Below are positions 56,827-64,000 of a stretch of DNA of 64,000 nt, piece by piece; the stretch's first letter is position 1; each line of letters starts with the position of its first letter. A program made the translations under genes and the position numbers. The DNA is taken from assembly GCA_036502405.1 (NCBI GenBank), contig DASXYP010000065.1:3687-67686 (forward strand), in the 5' to 3' direction. A model generated the notes under the pieces. It saw nothing but the letters and a program-made list of their open reading frames with translations. It made no database searches and was not told the DNA's origin. Source of the stretch: Acidimicrobiia bacterium. GTDB taxonomy: Bacteria; Actinomycetota; Acidimicrobiia; IMCC26256; JAENVU01.

Positions 56827-57993
56827 ATGGACTTCGACCTGCCGCCCGAGCTGGCGGAGCTCCAGGCCTCCGTGCGCAAGCTCGCCCAGGAGCGGGTCGC
56901 GCCCCGGGCGAGGGAGATCGACCTCACCGAGGAGTATCCCCAGGACCTCTTCGAGCTCTTCGTCGAGACCGGTCTCGCCGGCCTCTGCGTGCCCGAGGAG
57001 TACGGCGGCTCCGGGGCGGGGATCCTCGGTCTCGCGATCGCCATCGAGGAGGTCGCCAAGTACTCGAACGCCGCCGCGCTCATGCTGCTGCTCACCCGGC
57101 TCCCCACCGGCCCGCTGCTGATCGCCGGGTCCGAGGCGATGAAGCACAAGTACCTCACGCCGATCACGACCGGGGAGCAGCGCGCCGCCTTCGGCCTCTC
57201 CGAGCCCCAGGCGGGCAGCGACGTGATGGGCATGCGCACGAAGGCGGTCCAGGACGGCGACGACTGGATCCTCACCGGCACGAAGTGCTGGATGTCCGGG
57301 GTGCGCCAGGCCGACTGGTACTGCGTGTTCGCCAAGACGGGGCCCGTCGACAGCCGGTCCCACGACAGCGTCACCGCGTTCGTCGTCGAGCGGCAGTGGG
57401 ACGGGGTCTCGGTCGGGCGCGTGGACAAGAAGATGGGGGTCAAGGGCGTCGACACCGGCGAGCTCCTGCTCGACGGCGTGCGCGTCCCGGCCGAGAACGT
57501 GGTCGGCGACATCGGCGGGTTCCGCCTGTGCATGCTCGGGCTCAACGCCATGCGACCGATCGTCGCGGCCCGGGGCATCGGCCTCGCCGAGGGTGCGCTG
57601 ATGTACGCGGTCGAATACGCGAAGCAGCGCGAGGCGTTCACGAAGACGATCGCGGACTTCCAGGGCATCCAGTGGAAGATCGCCGAGCTCGCGACCGAGA
57701 TCGAGGCGGCGCGACTGCTCACGTACCGCGCCGCGTGGATGGCGGACCGCGGGCAGTTCACCAAGGAGTACGTCCCCTACCTCTCCATGTGCAAGTACTA
57801 CGCGACCGAGCTCGCGGTGAAGACGAGCAACCACGCGCTGCAGATGCTCGGGGCCGCGGGATACATGCAGGACCACCCGATGGAGCTCTACTACCGCGAC
57901 GCGAAGCAGCTGACGATCGTCGAAGGGACGTCGCAGGTGCAGCTCGGTCTCATCGCGAAGGGCGTCCTCGACCACGACCTCTGGTGGGACTAG
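56827..57993 (+). CDS. Acyl-CoA dehydrogenase
   Basis: LSEPQAGSD, GTKCW, KKMG, FQGIQW, YYRDAK..IVEGT. Confidence 0.95.
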   Translation: MDFDLPPELAELQASVRKLAQERVAPRAREIDLTEEYPQDLFELFVETGLAGLCVPEEYGGSGAGILGLAIAIEEVAKYSNAAALMLLLTRLPTGPLLIAGSEAMKHKYLTPITTGEQRAAFGLSEPQAGSDVMGMRTKAVQDGDDWILTGTKCWMSGVRQADWYCVFAKTGPVDSRSHDSVTAFVVERQWDGVSVGRVDKKMGVKGVDTGELLLDGVRVPAENVVGDIGGFRLCMLGLNAMRPIVAARGIGLAEGALMYAVEYAKQREAFTKTIADFQGIQWKIAELATEIEAARLLTYRAAWMADRGQFTKEYVPYLSMCKYYATELAVKTSNHALQMLGAAGYMQDHPMELYYRDAKQLTIVEGTSQVQLGLIAKGVLDHDLWWD

Positions 57994-57997
57994 GGCG

Positions 57998-59065
57998 ATG
58001 AGCGCCGACGCCACCACGGTCTCGTGGCCCGACGTGCTCGGGCCGCTGTCGCGCCGCGACGATCTGCCGGCCGAGCTGGTCGACGCGGCGATGGCGACGA
58101 TCCTCGGGGGCGAGGCGACGGACGCGCAGATCGCCGCGTTCGCCGTGCTGCTCCGCGCGAAGGGGGAGACCCCGGTCGAGCTGGCCGCGCTGGTGCGGAC
58201 GATGCTGCGGTTCGCGGAGCCGATGCCGATCGAGCCCGAGGGGCCGGCCGGGCCGCTCGTCGACACCTGCGGCACCGGCGGTGACCGCTCGCACACGTTC
58301 AACATCTCGACGGTCGCCGCGGTGGTCGTCGCGGGCGCCGGCGTGCGCGTCGCCAAGCACGGCAACCGCGCCGCCTCCTCCGCCTGTGGCTCCGCCGACC
58401 TGCTCGAGGAGCTGGGCGTCGTGATCGACCTCGGCCCCGCCGGAGTGGTCCGGTGCATCGAGGAGACGAACATCGGGTTCTGCTTCGCGCAACGGTTCCA
58501 CGCCGCGATGCGCTTCGCGGCCCCGATCCGGCCGCAGCTCGGGGTCCCGACGACCTTCAACTTCCTCGGGCCCCTGGCGAACCCGGCCCGGGTCACGCGC
58601 CAGGTCGTGGGGGTGTCGGATCCCGCGATGGCCGAACGCGTGATCGGCACGCTCGCGGAGCTCGGCGCCGAGCACGCGATGGTCTTCTTCGGCCACGACG
58701 GCCTGGACGAGCTGACGACCACAGACCTCTCGACCGTGCGTGAGCTCCGCGCCGGCGAGATCCACCGCACGGTGCTGGACCCACTGGACCTCGGGATCCC
58801 GCGCGCGTCGGCCGGGGACCTGCGCGGCGGGAGCCGGGCCGACAACGCGAAGATCGCCCGGCGCGTGCTCGACGCGGAGAAGGGCCCGGTGCGTGACGTC
58901 GTGCTGCTGAACGCGGCCGCCGCGCTCGTGGTCGCGGGCGCCGCGCCCGATCTCGCCGCCGGTGTCGAGACGGCCGCCCAGTCGATCGACTCGGGACGGG
59001 CCGCCGCGACCCTCGAGCGCTGGATCGCGATCAGTCGATCCGCGCGCGAGGCGGAGGCGGCGTAG
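57998..59065 (+). CDS. trpD: Anthranilate phosphoribosyltransferase
   Basis: DTCGTGGD, NIST, KHGNRAASS, GLDE. Confidence 0.96.
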   Translation: MSADATTVSWPDVLGPLSRRDDLPAELVDAAMATILGGEATDAQIAAFAVLLRAKGETPVELAALVRTMLRFAEPMPIEPEGPAGPLVDTCGTGGDRSHTFNISTVAAVVVAGAGVRVAKHGNRAASSACGSADLLEELGVVIDLGPAGVVRCIEETNIGFCFAQRFHAAMRFAAPIRPQLGVPTTFNFLGPLANPARVTRQVVGVSDPAMAERVIGTLAELGAEHAMVFFGHDGLDELTTTDLSTVRELRAGEIHRTVLDPLDLGIPRASAGDLRGGSRADNAKIARRVLDAEKGPVRDVVLLNAAAALVVAGAAPDLAAGVETAAQSIDSGRAAATLERWIAISRSAREAEAA

Positions 59066-59067
59066 CC

Positions 59068-59865
59068 GTGGCGAGCGCGCTCCAGTGCCCGGCGTGCGGG
59101 CACAAGCATCGCCTCACCGGGCTGTCGGGTGAGCCCGTCTTCGCGTGCGAGGAGTGCGGCCGTCTGTTGAAGACGCCGGTCGAGTACCGCCGCCCGGATC
59201 CGTCGACGCCGGCCGAAGCGCCGCGCCCGAACGGCTCGGCCCGGTCGCGGCGGGGCGGCTCGCCGTCACGACAGCCGGTTCCCGCGCGCCCCGCGGCCCG
59301 CGCCGCGCCCGCCGCGCCGCGCGCCGCCGCCGCGGCCACGCCTCCACGGCGCCGTCGGGGGCCACGACCTCCGGCGACGATCGCGGTGCCCCTGCAGATC
59401 CTCGCTTGGGTCGCCGCCGTCCTGCTGGGCGGGATCATCGTCCGCTACCTGGCCCGGTGGACGGGGCTCCTGACCGGGGACTCGGTCATCGACATCATCA
59501 CCGGCAGCGGGTGGGGCCGGTACCTCCGGCTGTTCGCGCTCGTCCCGTTCTGGGCGCTCGTCAGCGCGGGCCTGATGACGGCGTTCGTCGAGGGTGGGCG
59601 CTGGTGGGCCGCGCGGCGGGGTGTCGTCGCGGGCCGGCCGCCGGGCGCGACCGCGAAGCCTCGGCCCGCGCCGCGCGCCGCGTCCAAGCCTGCGCCCGCG
59701 CCGGCGACCCGTCGCCCGTCCGCCGAGCCGGAGCCCGCGCCCGCTCCCACGCCCGCGCCCGCGAAGGCGGCGACCGAGACCCGAACGCCGTCGGCGGCGG
59801 CCGCCGCACCACGCGTGCGGCGGATCCCGAAGCGCGACATCTCGTCGCTCGGGGACGGCACCTAG
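59068..59865 (+). CDS. Hypothetical membrane protein with N-terminal zinc ribbon
   Basis: CPACG...CEECG, Pro/Ala linkers, two TM helices. Confidence 0.7.
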   Translation: MASALQCPACGHKHRLTGLSGEPVFACEECGRLLKTPVEYRRPDPSTPAEAPRPNGSARSRRGGSPSRQPVPARPAARAAPAAPRAAAAATPPRRRRGPRPPATIAVPLQILAWVAAVLLGGIIVRYLARWTGLLTGDSVIDIITGSGWGRYLRLFALVPFWALVSAGLMTAFVEGGRWWAARRGVVAGRPPGATAKPRPAPRAASKPAPAPATRRPSAEPEPAPAPTPAPAKAATETRTPSAAAAAPRVRRIPKRDISSLGDGT

Positions 59866-61487
59866 CCGGGACGATCCGCCAGCGCGGGCGGGAGCGGCTC
59901 GGTACCCGACGGGAACACGTGCGCGCGGCCGGTCGCGACCTGGCGGACGAGCCAGCGGGCCACCACGGCGAGCTCGTCGGGGTGGACGTCGGAATGGACC
60001 TCGGTGGGCGGGGCAGTGGGCGTCCCGGGCCGCTCGTCGTCGGGCTCGTCGGTGAGCGTCAAGCGGCCGTCGTGCAGCTCCACCACCCCCGACGCGGTCA
60101 GCACCCGCAGCCGTCCGGAGGCGCGCAGCCACGCGAGCAGGTGCTGGTGGGCGAGCACGCCCCGGACCGCAGCCCGCTGGTCGCGCGCGACCGCGGCGGC
60201 CTCGAGCTGCCCGGCGGCGGCGAGGTCGCCCATCCGGCCCGTGAGCGCGTCGACCACGACGGCCGGGTCACCCGAGAGCGCGCGCACGACCGCGTCGGTC
60301 GCGACCCGGTATTCGCTCGTGGTGACCTCGCCGCGGCACGGGCACCGGGTCAGTCCACCTTCGACCGGGCAGCACGATTCGGCCTCGCGCGCCGGGGCGC
60401 GGCCGAGTCGCGTCGTACACCGCCGGATCGGGAGCGCCGCCTCGATCGCGGACCGCAACGCGCGCGCGGACGCGGCCGAGGTGAACGGCCCGACGGTGAG
60501 CGACCCGTCGTCTCGTCGCGCCTGCACCACGGCCAGGCGCGGGAACGGCTCGGCGAGGGTCAGCTTCAGGTAGGCGGGACGCCGGGTCGGGCCGGCGCGG
60601 TTGAACCGGGGGGCCAGCCGGTGGATCAGACGCGCCTCGCGGACCGCAGCCTCGAGCTCGTCGGTGCACTCCACCCAGTCGATCGACTCCACCTCGCGCA
60701 GCAGCTGGGGGACGCGCGTCCGGCTGCCGCGGAAGTGCGACCGCACCTCGGTCCGGAGGTTCGCGGCCCGACCGACGTACAGCGTCTCGCCGGCGCGGCC
60801 ACGGAACCGGTACACGCCGGGCCGGCGCGGGGTGCGGGCGGTCAGCCGCAGCTTGCTCGTCGTGGGGTGCATGCGGACCGCCGGCAGCGCGAGCAGGTCG
60901 TCGAGGGCGAGGACCCCGAACGTGCCGGCCCGCTCGAGGAGCGCGTGGAAGACCTCGGCCGTGGCCTCCGCGTCGGCCTGGGCCCGGTGGCAGGGCTCGA
61001 TCCCCACCCGCAGGTGGCGGGCCAGGGTCGCGAGCTTGAGGTCGTCGACCTCGTCGTGCACCAGTCGCCGCGACAGGCCGAGCGTGTCCGCCCGGGGGTT
61101 GTCGAGGGGCGGCGCGCCACGGCGGGCGAGCGCGGCGTCGAGGAAGCTGATGTCGAAGCGGATGTTGTGCCCGACGATGACCGCGCCGCCGACGAACTCG
61201 AGCAGTGCCGGCAGGACCTCGTCGATGCCGGGGGCGGGGAGCACGAGGCGCTCCGTGATCCCGGTCAGCACCGAGATGAACGGCGGGATCGGCACCCCCG
61301 GGTTCACCAGGGTCTCGAACGTGCCGAGGCGCTCACCGGTGCGGTACTTCACCGCGCCCACCTCCGTGATGCGGTCGACGGCCGGTGAGGTGCCCGTGGT
61401 CTCGAGGTCGAGGACGGCGAACGTCACCGCGGACAGCGGAGTCGCGAGGTCGTCGAAGCGCCCGGGGACGGCGGGGGAGGTCAGCAC
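59862..61487 (-). CDS. DEDD exonuclease fused to GIY-YIG/UvrC-like domain (Rv2191-like)
   Basis: DLETTG, GHNIRFD, HRAQADA; PGVYRF, LYVGRA, PRFN. Confidence 0.9.
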   Translation of the reverse strand: MLTSPAVPGRFDDLATPLSAVTFAVLDLETTGTSPAVDRITEVGAVKYRTGERLGTFETLVNPGVPIPPFISVLTGITERLVLPAPGIDEVLPALLEFVGGAVIVGHNIRFDISFLDAALARRGAPPLDNPRADTLGLSRRLVHDEVDDLKLATLARHLRVGIEPCHRAQADAEATAEVFHALLERAGTFGVLALDDLLALPAVRMHPTTSKLRLTARTPRRPGVYRFRGRAGETLYVGRAANLRTEVRSHFRGSRTRVPQLLREVESIDWVECTDELEAAVREARLIHRLAPRFNRAGPTRRPAYLKLTLAEPFPRLAVVQARRDDGSLTVGPFTSAASARALRSAIEAALPIRRCTTRLGRAPAREAESCCPVEGGLTRCPCRGEVTTSEYRVATDAVVRALSGDPAVVVDALTGRMGDLAAAGQLEAAAVARDQRAAVRGVLAHQHLLAWLRASGRLRVLTASGVVELHDGRLTLTDEPDDERPGTPTAPPTEVHSDVHPDELAVVARWLVRQVATGRAHVFPSGTEPLPPALADRPG

Positions 61488-61503
61488 GCGGCGGCCAGGC
61501 TAC

Positions 61504-61517
61504 CGAACATCTGTTCG
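61504..61517. promoter_or_regulatory. LexA SOS box
   Basis: CGAAC-ATCT-GTTCG palindrome, adjacent to a TAGCCT -10 of the nuclease gene. Confidence 0.8.
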
Positions 61518-61564
61518 TCGCACGAGGATCCGGGGCCCGAAGGGGCCGTCGGTAAGATCGGCCG

Positions 61565-61813
61565 ATGGGTGGCGGCGGGCTCCGGTGCACGGCGTGCGGG
61601 AACCTCACGCGCTTCGACGTGACGGTGAGCCGACGGGTGAAGGAGTTCCGGCACTTCAGCGTCGGCGGCGACCTCACCGTGGAGAGCGCCGAGGTGCTCG
61701 ACGAAGCGGTGGAGCAGGTCGTGTGCCGCTGGTGCAACGCGAGTGGCGACGCGATCGAGGTGCGGACGGAGCCGGTCGCCGGATCCGACGCCGGCGCGTC
61801 CGGAGTGGCGTAG
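61565..61813 (+). CDS. Small actinobacterial zinc-ribbon protein
   Basis: RCTACGNLTRFDV...VCRWC. Confidence 0.85.
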   Translation: MGGGGLRCTACGNLTRFDVTVSRRVKEFRHFSVGGDLTVESAEVLDEAVEQVVCRWCNASGDAIEVRTEPVAGSDAGASGVA

Positions 61814-61831
61814 CTCCCGGGAGCTCCCGCG

Positions 61832-62251
61832 CTACTCGCCCAGGAGCTGGACGACGACCTTCCGGGTCCGCGGTCGGTCGTCGAAGTCGACGCAGACGAT
61901 CTTCTGCCAGACTCCGAGGACCAGCTCGCCCCCCGACAGCGGCACCGTCACCGATGGCCCGATCAGCGCCGCACGCGCGTGGCTGTGTCCGTTGGTGTCC
62001 GCATTGCGTTCGTTGTGCTCCCAGCGACCGGCTTCGGGCGCGATCCGCTCCGCAACCGCGTTCAGATCGGCGTTGCAGCCCGGCTCGAACTCGATGGTCG
62101 TCATGCCACAGGTGGAGTGGGCGACGAAGACGGTGCAGATCCCGTCGGTCATCCCCGCGTTGTCGATCGCCTTCTGGGCCTGGGCGGTGAGGTCGACGAC
62201 CTCGCCGTTGCCCTGCGTGTCGAGTGACAGCTCCTCGTAGCGAGCCTGCAT
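61832..62251 (-). CDS. YjbQ/UPF0047 family protein
   Basis: HSTCG, NGHSH, LGVWQKI..DFD.RPR.R. Confidence 0.92.
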   Translation of the reverse strand: MQARYEELSLDTQGNGEVVDLTAQAQKAIDNAGMTDGICTVFVAHSTCGMTTIEFEPGCNADLNAVAERIAPEAGRWEHNERNADTNGHSHARAALIGPSVTVPLSGGELVLGVWQKIVCVDFDDRPRTRKVVVQLLGE

Positions 62252-62390
62252 GACCCCCCAGTCGCGACGCCGCGCCGGCTCCGGTGCCAGGCGCGCAAGA
62301 GCGGTCATTCTACGGAACCCACCCCTCGAGGGCACGATCGCCGCTCGATCGCGTGGTCCGGCCGGACCGATCGGAGCGGGGAGGAGCTGG

Positions 62391-62885
62391 CTACTGACGG
62401 GCGCAGGCGCGGCGAGACCCCGGTCGGCTCCGGCGCCGGGCCGGGCGGCCCGTCGTGACCCATCGGGTGCCGGTGCCGCGGTCCGGTGGGGCGCACCGTC
62501 GCCGGTGCGGGAGCCGGTGGGGCCGGGGATCGTGGGGCCGCGGATCGTGGGGCCGGGGCGCCCGGGCATCGGGCTGCACGTGGCCGCGCGCCGGTGGGCA
62601 GGCGTCAGCCGCACCGACGCGTGCGGCACGTACGTCCGGCGCGTGCCGCACGCGCGGTGGGCCCATTCCCGGCACCGGCGTCCACGGCCGGCGGAACGCA
62701 CGGATCGTGGCGATGGTCGCGCTGACGGCGAATGCTCCGCCGAGCGTGACCAGTGCGATCGAACCGTCCATGAGACCCGGGACGAGGAAGATGAGGACGA
62801 GCGACCAGATCGCCACCTGGCCCCCGCGCCGCTCCCGCGACATCAGGAGCGCGAAGTCGGCATCTTCGAGCTCGAAGTACGTCAC
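62391..62885 (-). CDS. Hypothetical membrane protein with low-complexity tail
   Basis: VTYFELEDADFALL followed by two TM segments; tail has a 15-bp tandem repeat (PRPHD). Confidence 0.45.
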   Translation of the reverse strand: MTYFELEDADFALLMSRERRGGQVAIWSLVLIFLVPGLMDGSIALVTLGGAFAVSATIATIRAFRRPWTPVPGMGPPRVRHAPDVRAARVGAADACPPARGHVQPDARAPRPHDPRPHDPRPHRLPHRRRCAPPDRGTGTRWVTTGRPARRRSRPGSRRACARQ

Positions 62886-63126
62886 CGTCGGACCGCATGA
62901 CTGGTGAGAACCATCGGTTGGGACGGTACGTCCGCAGGTTCGCGCCGTCGACGTCATCACCCATCTGTTCACCGGTTCGTCGTCGAGGCCTTTCTTCCGC
63001 ACCGGCGTGTTCGGTGAACACGGACCGAACCTTGAACGAAGTCGGCGTTCAATGCTTGCCCCACCGCGCGCTTCACGGTCTCCTGTCGCCCAACGGACGC
63101 GACGCGTCCGACCTGGAGGAGATGCT

Positions 63127-64000
63127 GTGCGACGGATCGTTGCTCTGTTCCTGGCGGTGCTGGTGGGCGTCGTCGGCCTGACGTTGGCCGCGGGCCCGGC
63201 GAACGCGGGGACGATCACCGCGCCTTCCGGCAACCCGTTCACGGTCCCCGGCGACGCCGGTGGGAACCCGCAGGCGTTCACCATCTCGGCTACCGGGTTC
63301 ACCGCGGGGACGAACGTCTTCGTCGAGCAGTGTGACGGCACCCCGCCCAGCGCGATCGGCTGGTCGCCGACCGCGAACTGCGACCTCGTGTCGTCGCCCG
63401 CGCCGGTGATCGCCGACGGATCGGGCAACGTCAGCTTTGCGGCGGCGGACCCGAACCACTCCTTCCTGCCCTTCAAGGGGATCAGCCCCCAGGGCATCTT
63501 CAACTGCCTCGCGCCGGCGCAGGCGTCGCCGAACAACGGATTGCCGGACTTCGACAACTGCCAGGTGCGCGTCTCGAGCAACAACACCACCGCGACCGCC
63601 GACCAGGTCTTCCTGACGATGACGCTGCCGGGAGCCGCTGTAGGCGTCGCACCGGGCTTCACCGGGACGCCGAGCGGCGCGATCGTCGGCGCGGCCTACA
63701 GCTTCAGCTTCACGGGCGTCACGGGTTCGCCGGCGCCGACGTTCTCGATGACCCCGGCCACGGTTGCGGGTGGGATCACGATCAGCAGCGCGGGTGCGCT
63801 GTCGGGGACGCCAACCTCGGCGGGGTCGTTCCCGATCTCGGTCACCGCGACCAACGGGGTGAACCCGGACGCGGTGAAGCAGCTCACGCTGGTGGTCGCG
63901 CCGGCTTCGGTTGCACCCGGGTTCACCGGAACGCCCGGTGGCGGGACGGTGGGTACTCCCTACTCCTTCAGCTTCACGGGGATCACGGGTTCGCCGGCGC
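63127..64000 (+). CDS. Secreted protein with Cys-containing N-domain and putative Ig (He_PIG-like) repeats, partial
   Basis: GGAGGA RBS; signal VRRIVALFLAVLVG..PANA; VFVEQCDG; repeated APGFTGTP....VG..YSFSFTG.TGSPAP, GALSGTP. Confidence 0.85.
   Translation, partial: MRRIVALFLAVLVGVVGLTLAAGPANAGTITAPSGNPFTVPGDAGGNPQAFTISATGFTAGTNVFVEQCDGTPPSAIGWSPTANCDLVSSPAPVIADGSGNVSFAAADPNHSFLPFKGISPQGIFNCLAPAQASPNNGLPDFDNCQVRVSSNNTTATADQVFLTMTLPGAAVGVAPGFTGTPSGAIVGAAYSFSFTGVTGSPAPTFSMTPATVAGGITISSAGALSGTPTSAGSFPISVTATNGVNPDAVKQLTLVVAPASVAPGFTGTPGGGTVGTPYSFSFTGITGSPA

Noticed and set aside
62517-62558. 15-bp tandem repeat GTGGGGCCG(G/C)GGATC, about 3 copies
   Set aside because: No spacers, so not CRISPR; simple slippage repeat

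Overview
Very GC-rich actinobacterial chromosome window; gene content and style suggest Acidimicrobiia or a related deep lineage (inference). It holds about 60 CDS: a divergent sugar-catabolic cluster (FGGY kinase, GH4, NagB-like), a STAND adenylate cyclase, a phhB-mobA-fdhD-fdhF/ydeP operon, tandem inositol monophosphatases, whiB7/wblC, an AddAB-like helicase-nuclease pair, a class A PBP, a zinc ribbon-rnhA-phosphatase block, envelope glycosyl/acyltransferases, a second whiB, trpD and a DEDD/UvrC-like nuclease with an SOS box. RNA genes are tRNA-Val(TAC) and rnpB. No integrase, transposase or CRISPR array was seen. The most notable signals are non-coding: (i) a uORF/antiterminator/terminator attenuator upstream of whiB7; (ii) long hairpins with CCCCCCA loops behind a SigB/SigF-type promoter at 43.8-44.2 kb, with similar hairpins at 18.0 and 38.6 kb (candidate 6C/F6-like sRNA family); (iii) an anti-SD pseudoknot-like leader; (iv) many apparently leaderless genes. 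All protein calls come from motif recognition by eye and RNA stems were paired by hand; no searches or folding programs were run.
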